DNA of 64,000 bases, taken from positions 5,656-69,655 of the forward strand of contig CAZNPR010000001.1 of assembly GCA_964574965.1 (NCBI GenBank), in the 5' to 3' direction. Positions 28,440 through 37,651 of the stretch are shown here, in pieces. A program made the translations under genes and the position numbers. The DNA is from an uncultured Syntrophomonas sp. (lineage in GTDB: Bacteria > Bacillota > Syntrophomonadia > Syntrophomonadales > Syntrophomonadaceae). The notes under the pieces are model-generated. The model was not told the DNA's origin, made no database searches, and was given only the letters and a program-made list of their open reading frames with translations. Position 1 is the first letter of the stretch. Every line of letters begins with the position of its first letter.

Positions 28440-28976
28440 TTATCGAAATAACAGATTACATATATATAATGAGGCAAGAAATCCGGTGATGTCAGCAGTT
28501 AATCCGGTTATTACTGCATAGCGGTATTTTTTTATGCCCACGGAGCCAAAATAAACCGTCAAGACAAAAAAAGTCGTATCTGTGGTGCCTTGCATCACTG
28601 AAGCCATTCTGCCGATGAAGGACTCCGGACCATAGATCCTCATCAATTCGGTGGTCATGCCTAAAACCCCGCTGCCAGACAACGGCCGCATGATAGCCAG
28701 AGGCAATATCTCAGATGGTGCACCGATCTGCGTCGTCAGGGGGTCCAACAGTAAGGCCAGATAATCCATCGCCCCTGAGGCCCGGAAAACAGAAATAGCG
28801 ATCATCATACCGGCCAGAAAGGGAATGATTTTAACGGCGGTATTGAACCCCTCTTCAGCACCGGCTACAAAAGCTTCGTAAACCGGTACTTTTTTGAAAA
28901 ATCCATATATGGGAACCAAGAGCAGCAAAAGTGGAATCGCCCACTGGGATATAACGGTCAGTGCGCTTAACAGCAT
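28440..28976 (-). CDS. spmB: Spore maturation protein B
   Basis: 178 aa hydrophobic nucleoside-recognition (Gate) type protein, immediately after spmA. Confidence 0.82.
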   Translation of the reverse strand: MLLSALTVISQWAIPLLLLLVPIYGFFKKVPVYEAFVAGAEEGFNTAVKIIPFLAGMMIAISVFRASGAMDYLALLLDPLTTQIGAPSEILPLAIMRPLSGSGVLGMTTELMRIYGPESFIGRMASVMQGTTDTTFFVLTVYFGSVGIKKYRYAVITGLTADITGFLASLYICNLLFR

Positions 28977-29570
28977 TTAACCCTTCACTCCCCAGCGGCT
29001 TTTTTTCCGGAACCACCAGTCAAGGGACATGGCTATGAACATGGCGGTCGAAGTGGCAAATATACATGGTCCGACGATTTCGGTGGGATTTGCTGAGCCA
29101 AAAGATAATCTGACGCCGATTATAGTGGCCGGTATCAAGGTGATACAGGAAGTATTTAAAGCCAGAAATGTACACATGGCTTCTGATGCTTCTTCCGAGC
29201 CTTTATTGAGCAACTGCAATTCCTGCATGGCTTTCATGCCCATTGGTGTGGCGGCATTTCCCAGGCCCAGCACATTGGCGCTGATGTTAAGAATAATTGC
29301 TCCCATGGCCGGATGTCTGGCTGGAACACTGGGAAAGAGCCTGACCATGACCGGTCTCACCAATTTTGCTAATGCGGCGATCAAGCCACCCTGCTCAGCG
29401 ATCTTCATAATACCCAGCCATAAAGCCATGACTCCGATCAGATCAAAGCAGACTTTTACAGCTCCCTGGGCTGCTGCCAGCGCTGCTTCAGTTACCACTT
29501 CAATATTGCCGCTAATAGCCGCTATAACGATACCGGAAGCTAACAATAACAGCCAGATAACATTAAGCAT
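28977..29570 (-). CDS. spmA: Spore maturation protein A
   Basis: 197 aa, MLNVIWLLLL..., nucleoside-recognition domain. Paired with spmB with no gap. Confidence 0.82.
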   Translation of the reverse strand: MLNVIWLLLLASGIVIAAISGNIEVVTEAALAAAQGAVKVCFDLIGVMALWLGIMKIAEQGGLIAALAKLVRPVMVRLFPSVPARHPAMGAIILNISANVLGLGNAATPMGMKAMQELQLLNKGSEEASEAMCTFLALNTSCITLIPATIIGVRLSFGSANPTEIVGPCIFATSTAMFIAMSLDWWFRKKSRWGVKG

Positions 29571-29661
29571 ACCATCCCTCCCACTGCGCTTTTTAAGAGG
29601 GTATGATATGCCCGTGCAAATTAGAACATGCAGCTTTTTGTCTATTAAATAACGACTTTAT

Positions 29662-30090
29662 CTATTCAAAGGTTTCTTCCACCCGGCTGTGATGTCGGTT
29701 TTTCTGCATAATATGCTCGATCTTATCGATGATCTGAGGAGCTATATCTACGACCCTTTCGGCCAATGGGTTGCCGGTAACTGATATAAGCCTTACATCA
29801 TTCATTCTAACAACCAGAAATCCGACTGGTTTAACTGATACGCCTGCCCCGCTGCCACCGGCAAAGGGCAGATTTTCATTCTTGCTGCCGGGCCTGTTGA
29901 TATCAAATTCTCCGCCCCCGGCACCAAACCCAAAGGCGACCTGCGAGATAGGAATGATCACGCTGCCATCATTGGTTTCCACTGCATCGCCTACCACAGT
30001 AGTCACATCAACCATTTCCTTAATACTTTCCATAGCTGTTTTCATAAGCCCCTCGATAGGATGACTCTGTTTTTCCTGGTCTGTATCCAT
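29662..30090 (-). CDS. ytfJ: Sporulation protein YtfJ (GerW family)
   Basis: HPIEGLMKTAMESIKEMVDVTTVVGDAVETNDGSVIIP is colinear with B. subtilis YtfJ. ATG lies 7 nt after GGGGG. Confidence 0.88.
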   Translation of the reverse strand: MDTDQEKQSHPIEGLMKTAMESIKEMVDVTTVVGDAVETNDGSVIIPISQVAFGFGAGGGEFDINRPGSKNENLPFAGGSGAGVSVKPVGFLVVRMNDVRLISVTGNPLAERVVDIAPQIIDKIEHIMQKNRHHSRVEETFE

Positions 30091-30694
30091 TAATATACCC
30101 CCTGACTATCATAAAAAGCATGTAGACTGCTATAAAAATAATATGTACGATTCGTATTTTAATTATACAATGCAGAATGGTCGTGAAGATTTCCTGACTA
30201 TAAACAGGATCGACCTTAAGGTGAAACTGTTCCACCCGGCTGTTCATACTGATCATACTGGAGAATATCCCCTTTATTGCCCACAAAACCCCAGTAAAGA
30301 TCCCCGTATACATTGCATCCTGTAAACCGATCTTACTCTCCCAGTTCATTTCTTCAACAATCGCATAGTGGAAAAATGTCTTTACAAAAGTACGATAATC
30401 ATGGAAACCCAAGCGGATCAAATATGCTTTTACATCATCGTGTCTGGCTCTTCTTTTCAATCTGTCAGAAAAGACTGCCGCCCGATCAAGCGCCGGAATG
30501 ATATCTACATCAAGGTTTTCATAGTAATACTCCAGATATCTGCGGTCAGGGCTCAGGTAGCTAAAGGCTTGCATTGTAAATGCCAGGCCTGTTTCATTTC
30601 TATCCAAGGTCAGTTTGAAACTGAGACGAGCAAAAATAAAATAGCTGAACAAAAAAATAAGCCCGATTACGCTTACCAGAACCCACATGGTCAT
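30020..30694 (-). CDS. ytfI: DUF2953 family protein (YtfI-like)
   Basis: 224 aa with an N-terminal TM, located directly upstream of ytfJ as in Bacillus. The 3' end overlaps ytfJ by 71 nt. Confidence 0.65.
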   Translation of the reverse strand: MTMWVLVSVIGLIFLFSYFIFARLSFKLTLDRNETGLAFTMQAFSYLSPDRRYLEYYYENLDVDIIPALDRAAVFSDRLKRRARHDDVKAYLIRLGFHDYRTFVKTFFHYAIVEEMNWESKIGLQDAMYTGIFTGVLWAIKGIFSSMISMNSRVEQFHLKVDPVYSQEIFTTILHCIIKIRIVHIIFIAVYMLFMIVRGYINGYRPGKTESSYRGAYENSYGKY

Positions 30695-30743
30695 ATCTCC
30701 CGTTTTTCCATATTGTTCCCAGCTAAATCAGGCTTATGCAAAT

Positions 30744-31325
30744 TTACTTTTGATCAGAATTAAGTTCGTTGATAAAACTCTCTACGGTGGTTTTGATTTT
30801 ATTAATTTCTTCTTCTACGATAATATTGGCTCTTCCCAGACGGAAGGTAGGGCAGGCTAAATTATAGTCTATGATTTTCCGGCTGATTTTCTCCAGATCC
30901 AGACGTCTTTCGTAAAAAAAATGTTCTTTGCGGCTTTCATATCTTTTCCGTGTAGTTTCACTGTGATTTTTATTACTGTAAAAAATAGCGCTATATTTTT
31001 TGAATAACTCCAGCTCTTTGTTCAGGTTTACAAAATCCTGGTCAATTTCTTTGCCTAACTCGATCCAATAAGGCGCAAACCCATTGTCTTTCAAAATTTT
31101 GTATGGCATCCTTAACTCCGGCGGCTGTAAAGGATTTTCTTCCAGATTCAGCCTTTTGCCGGCGCCGCTCAAATTATCGAATTCTCCTCTTTCCTGGGCC
31201 TGTAAAATCTGCTGTTCCACCAAATCTTCGGTGCTGCTCATATATCTGGCCAGTTTTTTGGCCTGCCCTGCTTTGGCCTTTATTTCTTCTTCCAGAGAAT
31301 CATACGACATCCAGACCCTCCTCAA
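30744..31325 (-). CDS. DUF1992 (DnaJ-like subfamily C28) domain protein
   Basis: QAQERGEFDNLSGAGKRLNLEENP motif. Confidence 0.75.
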   Translation of the reverse strand: MRRVWMSYDSLEEEIKAKAGQAKKLARYMSSTEDLVEQQILQAQERGEFDNLSGAGKRLNLEENPLQPPELRMPYKILKDNGFAPYWIELGKEIDQDFVNLNKELELFKKYSAIFYSNKNHSETTRKRYESRKEHFFYERRLDLEKISRKIIDYNLACPTFRLGRANIIVEEEINKIKTTVESFINELNSDQK

Positions 31326-31824
31326 GCGGCGGCAAATCTTTTAAACTTGCCAGGCCGAATACTCTAAGAAATTCTTCTGTGGTCTCATATAGTGTCGGCC
31401 GTCCTAAGACCGCCTTTACACCCGCTTCAGCGATCAGGTTTTTTTCCAGCAGATTAGCAATAATTCGTTCCGACTTTACCCCCCGGACTCTTTCGATCTC
31501 AGCCCGGGTGATAGGCTGAGAATAAGCGATGATAGCCAGGGTTTCCATAGCCGCCGGAGTGAGACGTTTTTTTTGCGGTTCGGCCATTTTGACCAGATAA
31601 TCAGAGTATTCAGGATTGCTGCACATAACATAACCGTCATTTACTTCCTTGATCATCAGGCCTTTCCCAGGGACATTATATTCCGCCATGATTTCCCGCA
31701 TGATATCGATCACATCAAACAAAGGCACTTCCAATATTTCGATTATTTCGTCCAGGCCGACCCGACCAGTACGAACGAATAAAATCGCTTCGATGGCCCC
31801 TTTAATTTCATCCCGCATTAACAT
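31300..31824 (-). CDS. scpB: Segregation and condensation protein B
   Basis: IEAILFV..., SQPITRAEIERVRGV and LGRPTLYETTEEFL motifs. Confidence 0.9.
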   Translation of the reverse strand: MLMRDEIKGAIEAILFVRTGRVGLDEIIEILEVPLFDVIDIMREIMAEYNVPGKGLMIKEVNDGYVMCSNPEYSDYLVKMAEPQKKRLTPAAMETLAIIAYSQPITRAEIERVRGVKSERIIANLLEKNLIAEAGVKAVLGRPTLYETTEEFLRVFGLASLKDLPPLEEGLDVV

Positions 31825-32542
31825 TTTTATGTCGCCCGCCTAAAAATAATTTTATTCTGCCAAATTCATTTTCCTGCACTGCTTGTATTTTTTGTAAACG
31901 CAGTAGTTCCAGTAAAGCTAAAAATGAAGCTGCCAGTTCCCTTTTGTTTATCATACCATTTAAAAATTCCTCAAAGAATATTCCCTGGCTATGTTTTCGT
32001 ACCGCAGTCAAGATTTCTTTCATTTTTTCCCCTACGTCTATATCATCCTGGGGAATTTCGACCTGAGGGATCTGCTGACCTTTTCTTAATAAGGCATTAA
32101 ATAGTTCTGTTAATATCGTTATATTAGCAGTCAACTCCCCGGGAGTTGAGAATTTGGTTTCATCCTCACGGAAAAAATACCGCCGGCTTTTTCCGTCTTT
32201 TAACTCTTCCAGTTTCTCTGCTGCCATTTTAAATTTCCGGTAATATAACAGCCTCTGAACCAGTTCGGTACGCGGATCTTGCTCTTCGTTCTGTTCTTCT
32301 GCAGCTTCCGTATTTTGCGGCAGCATCATTTGCGTTTTTAAAGCCAGCAAATAAGTAGCCATGATCAAAAAGTCACCCAGCTTTTCCAAATCAAAATCAC
32401 CGGTAATGCTTAAATATTCCATATATTGATCGGTGATCCTGGCGATAGGGATATCATAGATGTCGATTTGGTTTTCATCGATCAGATATAGCAGCAGGTC
32501 AAGGGGTCCGTGAAAAGAGTCTAAATCTACCACATAATCCAT
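31808..32542 (-). CDS. scpA: Segregation and condensation protein A
   Basis: MDYVVDLDSFHGPLDLLLYLI N-terminus. ATG at 32540-32542 lies 7 nt after AAGGAG. The track ORF runs on to 32821 inside the upstream gene. Confidence 0.9.
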   Translation of the reverse strand: MDYVVDLDSFHGPLDLLLYLIDENQIDIYDIPIARITDQYMEYLSITGDFDLEKLGDFLIMATYLLALKTQMMLPQNTEAAEEQNEEQDPRTELVQRLLYYRKFKMAAEKLEELKDGKSRRYFFREDETKFSTPGELTANITILTELFNALLRKGQQIPQVEIPQDDIDVGEKMKEILTAVRKHSQGIFFEEFLNGMINKRELAASFLALLELLRLQKIQAVQENEFGRIKLFLGGRHKNVNAG

Positions 32543-32553
32543 TACGTTTCTCC

Positions 32554-33177
32554 TTAAAACACAATGTAATAAAGAACGCTGTATATACCTTGCGCCAACG
32601 GCCAAAGTAATTTTCCCGTAAGACCAGTAATGATCAGTAATATGAGTATAATAGGACCGTATTGCTCCAGAGAATACATTAACCTGGCCCCGGAATCCGG
32701 CAATAGACCCGCCAGGATCTTGGAACCGTCCAGGGGAGGAACCGGTATCAGATTGAAAGCTGCCAAAATCAGGTTGATCTGAATCAATGGCATTAATAAA
32801 GCAACCGCATAGCTCCCCCATTCCAGCTCTTGAAAAGGTTGTATATACCGATACAAGATCATACCAACCAGGGCCAGCAATATATTCATGACCGGTCCGG
32901 CCAACGAAACCAGCATCATACCGCGCTTCATGCTGATATTTCTATTGAAATTCAAGGGGTTGACCTGGACCGGTTTAGCCCAGCCAAATTTAAAGATAAT
33001 CAACATGAAAAAACCCATCCAATCGATATGGGGCAAAGGATTTAAGGTCAAGCGCCCCTGATGATAAGCGGTATCGTCACCTAACATGTAAGCCACCCTT
33101 CCATGCGCATACTCATGGAAGGTAAGTCCGATCAATATGGCCGGCAGCCAAATCAAAATGTCTATTATCTGCTGCAA
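32554..33177 (-). CDS. Site-2 protease family (M50) membrane metalloprotease
   Basis: HEYAHG zinc motif in the first TM region, then a polytopic protein. TTG start. Confidence 0.82.
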   Translation of the reverse strand: MQQIIDILIWLPAILIGLTFHEYAHGRVAYMLGDDTAYHQGRLTLNPLPHIDWMGFFMLIIFKFGWAKPVQVNPLNFNRNISMKRGMMLVSLAGPVMNILLALVGMILYRYIQPFQELEWGSYAVALLMPLIQINLILAAFNLIPVPPLDGSKILAGLLPDSGARLMYSLEQYGPIILILLIITGLTGKLLWPLAQGIYSVLYYIVF

Positions 33178-33178
33178 T

Positions 33179-35800
33179 TTAAACTGAATCCTCCTTTAAT
33201 AACCTACGTACAAAAACAGTTTCCTCCTCTTTGGAAGTGATCATCCCGTTCAACTTTAAGCGGTATAATTCATGCAGGATCCTGCTGTAAATTGGTCCCG
33301 GTTTTATGCCCATGGCTTTTAGATCATATCCGGTGGTTTCAACTTTCACTGACTCCTTGGCCTGTAAATAGTCAGCAGTAAACTGCCATCCTTTTTCCGT
33401 ATTCAGGCAAAGCAGCAAATACAAAAAAGTTTCATTGCAATAATGGGCGGCAATGGTATCGATATCACTAAAATCCATATACCCCCCGCTGTCAATGCTG
33501 TCTGCCAATTGGTTGGCCGCTCTTGCTTCTTCTATGAGTTTTACGGTATATTTATCAAATTTATATCGTGTGATTACTTTGCTGACTGATTCTTCGGAGA
33601 GTCCTTCCAGAATGATCAACAGATAGATAAGCCAGATTTTGATTTCCCGGTGATAAAAATGTTCCTCTGCCCAACCGCTGACGATCGGCACCCTTTTTAA
33701 GCGGGTATAGTCTAATTTGTCCAGGTCCACTTCCGGTAAGATATACTGCCAAACTCCTATCTCACCCATTCTGGTCAAGGCCGGCAATGGATTTCTTTCA
33801 CTCAATATAAGCATAAGTTCCTGGAGGATCCGCTTGTAAGACAGTTTCCTTAAAAGTCTTCTGGTAATAGCATCCTGGGCAAAACGCAGGGTATCTGGTT
33901 CTATTTTGAAATTATACCGCTGTTCAAACCGAATCGCCCGCAGGATCCTGGTAGGATCTTCAACGAAGGACAAATTATACAGGATCCGAATGCAGCCATT
34001 TTCTATATCTTGACGGCCGCCGAAATAATCGATCAATTGCCCGAAGCTCCCAGGGTTTAAGCATATCGCCAACGTATTGATGGTAAAATCGCGTCTGTAT
34101 AAGTCTTCCCGGATGGAAGATTTTTCAACCTCCGGCAATGCGGCCGGGAACTCATAAAACTCTGTCCGGGCGGTAGCCACATCTATTTTATTGCCATCCG
34201 GCAAAATAATAATAGCGGTGCCGAATCTTTCGTGGACCCTGGTCCGTCCATGTATACGCCGGGCCAGTTCTTTTGCCAGCATCTCACCGCTGCCCTCCAC
34301 TACCAGGTCTAGATCATAATTTGGAACATGTAAAAATAGATCCCTGACAAACCCTCCGACACAGTATACTTTCATATTTAATTGCCGGGCAGTTTCCCCG
34401 GCCTGAACCAAAACTTCCACCAACTGCCCGGGCAAGGTATTTTTTATCAGCCCGGCAAAATTGTCTTCACGGATATTATTGCTGGTATAAAGTATTTCAT
34501 GATCTTCAGGGTAATCCTCTCCATGCAGGAAGCGCAGGATATCTGTTCTTGATATGATGCCTGACAGTTTGCCTTTATCAATGACCGGAAGCCGGCCAAT
34601 ATCTTTTTCTACCATGATCTTCTGCACTTCTGCCAGGCTTGTAGCTGGGTCCACCGATAAAACAGCGGTGGTCATAAAGCCTTTCACCGGGGCATGCCCC
34701 AACTCATGCGTCATGGCTTTATCCACATCCCGACGGGAAATGACCCCTACGATCTCTTCCCCGTCAATGACCGGCATGCCGGTATGACCGTACCTAAGCA
34801 TCAGTTTGCCTGCTTCTTCCATGCTGATATTCATGGAAACTGTTTTGACCGGTGATGTCATGATATCTCCGGCTAATAAAGCAGGCGTTGCCGCACGGCT
34901 CGTTTCCTCAAGAATGATTTTCGTTATATCAGCAAAATCCACCTCTTTTAACATAGCAGAAGCAGCTTTTTCATGACCACGGCCACCCAAAGGCTTTAAT
35001 ACCTGGTTTACCTTTATATTATCCGTTTTACTACGTCCGACTACATGGATCTTGCCCTGCATAGAGGCCACGGTAAATACCGCGTCACAATCCTCCACTT
35101 CCAGTAAGCGGTGGGTAATGATGTCAAGTCCGGGTATAAAGTCGCTGCATTGGGCCTGGGAAATAACGATCGAAGTGTTTTCGATAGTGTAATTTTTGGT
35201 ATTTTGCAATAAAATCTGCAATAAATCCCGTTGCTCACTGGAAAAAGGCCTTTCCATAAAATTTGCCACTACCGAAAGGTTGGCCCCTTTCTCCAGCAAA
35301 TAGGCGGCTGCCGCCATATCCCGGGCAGTAGTGCTCGCAAACAACATGCTGCCGGTATCTTCATAAATGCCTAAAGCCAGGATCGTTGCTTCAAAAGTGC
35401 TGATCTCGATATGCCTTTCCCTGATCAGCTCCACCAGGATCGTGGTTGCCGCACCCACCGGCTGAATATGAGCAATACTGCCTTTAAGGTCACCTGCCAC
35501 ATACGGGTGATGATCATAAATATGAAAATCCATCCCGTTTATTGCTGCCAGATCTTTGAGATAACCCAAACGGTTGGCATTGGCAGTATCGACCAGAATC
35601 ATTCTTTGGACCTCTGCCAATTCAATATCGCGGGGCTGTTTGATCAACAGATGGTCTTTATATAAAGCCATGAAATTTTTGACATTGCGGGATAACGTTC
35701 CGGAAAAAACTTTTACTGCCTTAGGATAAAGCTTTTCAGCCGCAACCATACCTGCCAGGCCGTCAAAATCCAGGGAATTATGTGAAGTAATGATTTCCAA
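33179..35800 (-). CDS. Multidomain DHH-DHHA1 / CBS pair / poly(A) polymerase-CCA nucleotidyltransferase family protein
   Basis: N-terminal DHH (SHNSLDFDGLAG, DHHP) is followed by two CBS repeats. Then come the GGFVRDLFL and RRDFTINTLA motifs of the tRNA nucleotidyltransferase head. TTG start after AGGAG. Confidence 0.85.
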   Translation of the reverse strand: MEIITSHNSLDFDGLAGMVAAEKLYPKAVKVFSGTLSRNVKNFMALYKDHLLIKQPRDIELAEVQRMILVDTANANRLGYLKDLAAINGMDFHIYDHHPYVAGDLKGSIAHIQPVGAATTILVELIRERHIEISTFEATILALGIYEDTGSMLFASTTARDMAAAAYLLEKGANLSVVANFMERPFSSEQRDLLQILLQNTKNYTIENTSIVISQAQCSDFIPGLDIITHRLLEVEDCDAVFTVASMQGKIHVVGRSKTDNIKVNQVLKPLGGRGHEKAASAMLKEVDFADITKIILEETSRAATPALLAGDIMTSPVKTVSMNISMEEAGKLMLRYGHTGMPVIDGEEIVGVISRRDVDKAMTHELGHAPVKGFMTTAVLSVDPATSLAEVQKIMVEKDIGRLPVIDKGKLSGIISRTDILRFLHGEDYPEDHEILYTSNNIREDNFAGLIKNTLPGQLVEVLVQAGETARQLNMKVYCVGGFVRDLFLHVPNYDLDLVVEGSGEMLAKELARRIHGRTRVHERFGTAIIILPDGNKIDVATARTEFYEFPAALPEVEKSSIREDLYRRDFTINTLAICLNPGSFGQLIDYFGGRQDIENGCIRILYNLSFVEDPTRILRAIRFEQRYNFKIEPDTLRFAQDAITRRLLRKLSYKRILQELMLILSERNPLPALTRMGEIGVWQYILPEVDLDKLDYTRLKRVPIVSGWAEEHFYHREIKIWLIYLLIILEGLSEESVSKVITRYKFDKYTVKLIEEARAANQLADSIDSGGYMDFSDIDTIAAHYCNETFLYLLLCLNTEKGWQFTADYLQAKESVKVETTGYDLKAMGIKPGPIYSRILHELYRLKLNGMITSKEEETVFVRRLLKEDSV

Positions 35801-35830
35801 ACAGTCTATCTCCTAAATGTATGATATTTA

Positions 35831-35859
35831 ATTATATCATAATAGACCAGCGTTAATAA
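35831..35859 (-). promoter_or_regulatory. Sigma-A promoter for the nucleotidyltransferase-scpAB gene string
   Basis: Minus strand TTATTA, 17 nt, TATAAT, with an extended -10 (TGATATAAT). Confidence 0.6.
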
Positions 35860-35876
35860 AAAGCGTCCTGCTGCAG

Positions 35877-35899
35877 ATAAAAAAGCGGCGGCTGCCGCT
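35877..35899 (-). terminator. Rho-independent terminator after lysA
   Basis: Minus strand AAAAGCGGC-AGCC-GCCGCTTTT followed by TTAT. Confidence 0.8.
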
Positions 35900-35992
35900 T
35901 TTCTAAGATCAATGCTGACTGAGACACGAATGATGGCCGCCCCCCTGCAGGTAATACTAAATGAATATAGCAACCTGCAAACGACCCTTCGC

Positions 35993-37309
35993 TTATTTAT
36001 TTTTAAGCCGTTCCGGGATCCTGTCATTCCTGATCAGATCTTTATAGGTCTCGCGTTCAATGATAATATCGGCCTTTCCTTGATTGACCACTACCATGGC
36101 CGGCCGGGGCAGACGGTTGTAATTGCTGGACATTGAATAAGTATAAGCGCCGGTAGCAAAAACTGCCAATATGTCCCCCGCTTCAGCATGCGGCAGCACA
36201 ACATCCCAGATCAGCATGTCGCCTGATTCACAGCATTTGCCGGCTACCGACACCATTTCATCAGCCGCAAGTTGTGCCTTGTTGGCAATTATCGCCGAAT
36301 GCTTCGCATTATATAGCGCCGGCCGGGGATTGTCATTCATCCCTCCATTTACCGCTATATACCTTCTGATCCCGGTTACTTCTTTGGAAGAACCGATGGT
36401 ATATAATGTAACTCCGGCAGGACTGATCAATGCCCGTCCGGGCTCGATAATAACGCGGGGCATTTTGAGCCCGGCTTTTTCTGTTTGTGCTTTTACATGA
36501 TTTATAATGACTTCTGCCCATTTCTCTGTTGTCGGCGGTAAGTCACCGGGCGCATAATAAATACCGAACCCGCCGCCCAGATCCAGTTCTGTCAGTTCAC
36601 GACCGGTTTCTGCTTTGATTTTCGCCATAAATTCGATCATAAGCTCGATGGTATGCTGAAACGACTCCGGCTCAAATATTTGTGAGCCAATATGGCAATG
36701 CAGCCCCTGCAAAAAAAGACCCGGACATTGCCATGCCCTTTTAACTGCCTCCCAGGCCTGCCCATCAGTAAGTGTAAAACCAAATTTGGAATCGATTTGC
36801 CCGGTTTTAATATATTCATGGGTATGTGCTTCGACCCCCGGTGTTATTCGCAGTAAGATATCAGTGATCAGCCCTTTTTCCTGGGATAGATCATTTAAGA
36901 GTTCCAATTCATAAAAATTATCAGCTACGATCCTGCCAACCCCTGCTTCCAAAGCCATGCACAGCTCTTCCCGGCTTTTATTGTTGCCGTGGAAAAAAAT
37001 CCTATCGGCAGGAAATCCCGCTTGAAGTGCCGTATATAATTCTCCCGCTGAAACAACATCCAGCCCCAGACCTTCCTCATCTATGATCCGGCAGATGGAT
37101 AAACAACATAATGATTTACTGGCATACAGCACCATCGTATCCCCATAATTTGAAAAGGAATTACGAAAACTTCGGCAATTATCCCTGAAACCTTGTTCGT
37201 CGATGACCCATAAAGGCGAACCGTATTCTTTGACTAAATCCAAGACATCAATTCCGCCGATTTCCAGGTGACCTGTGTTATTGATTTTCATCGTTCCGGT
37301 CAAAAACAA
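35993..37309 (-). CDS. lysA: Diaminopimelate decarboxylase
   Basis: YASKS (PLP Lys), HCHIGSQ, DLGGGFG and CESGD motifs. TTG start 6 nt after GGGGTGGG. Confidence 0.92.
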   Translation of the reverse strand: MFLTGTMKINNTGHLEIGGIDVLDLVKEYGSPLWVIDEQGFRDNCRSFRNSFSNYGDTMVLYASKSLCCLSICRIIDEEGLGLDVVSAGELYTALQAGFPADRIFFHGNNKSREELCMALEAGVGRIVADNFYELELLNDLSQEKGLITDILLRITPGVEAHTHEYIKTGQIDSKFGFTLTDGQAWEAVKRAWQCPGLFLQGLHCHIGSQIFEPESFQHTIELMIEFMAKIKAETGRELTELDLGGGFGIYYAPGDLPPTTEKWAEVIINHVKAQTEKAGLKMPRVIIEPGRALISPAGVTLYTIGSSKEVTGIRRYIAVNGGMNDNPRPALYNAKHSAIIANKAQLAADEMVSVAGKCCESGDMLIWDVVLPHAEAGDILAVFATGAYTYSMSSNYNRLPRPAMVVVNQGKADIIIERETYKDLIRNDRIPERLKNK

Positions 37310-37346
37310 AGATATCCCACCCCTTTAAGCCTTGTAAATTCTTGTT

Positions 37347-37376
37347 ATTTTACCATCATAAATTTATGGCCGTCAA
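37347..37376 (-). promoter_or_regulatory. Sigma-A promoter for lysA
   Basis: Minus strand TTGACG, 18 nt, TAAAAT, with TG at -15/-14 (TGGTAAAAT). Confidence 0.6.
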
Positions 37377-37451
37377 TGCGTTCTTCACAGATATACACTA
37401 TACAATAATTATGATATGTTCCATGGTACTAAATTTGTTTATATCAGCTTT

Positions 37452-37480
37452 AAAAAAGGCCAGAAGAATCTCGTCCGGCC
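37452..37480 (-). terminator. Rho-independent terminator of the secDF string
   Basis: Minus strand GGCCGGA-CGAGAT-TTCTGGCC (7 bp with one G-U) followed by TTTTTT. It lies 172 nt after the secF stop. Confidence 0.75.
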
Positions 37481-37651
37481 CAGACCGCAAAAAATCAGAG
37501 ATCCTCATCAATGACATAACAAGCCCTGTATTATCACCGTACCTCAGTACGCCTCAATTGCAGGGCTTGGTTTTGGTTTGGTCTTTAATTTTCAAAACCG
37601 ATCTGCCGCTTCCCAGCAGGCAAAGCCAGTCGAATAACAAAGGACTTTATA

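Noticed and set aside
27810-29652. Long antisense ORFs: 141 aa opposite fchA and 207 aa opposite spmA.
   Set aside because: They are mirror-strand ORFs of confidently identified genes, have odd composition (Cys-rich, or Ala/Ile/Pro-rich) and have no start context.
32543-32821. A 93-codon N-terminal extension of scpA in the ORF track.
   Set aside because: It overlaps the site-2 protease gene in another frame. The canonical ScpA N-terminus (MDYVVDLDSFHGPLDLL) starts at 32542 with a good SD.
37310-37651. A lysine (L-box) riboswitch upstream of lysA in the 342-nt gap.
   Set aside because: Most of the gap is the secF 3' region and its terminator. The lysA promoter (37347-37376) lies only about 40 nt from the start codon, which leaves no room for a roughly 180-nt aptamer.
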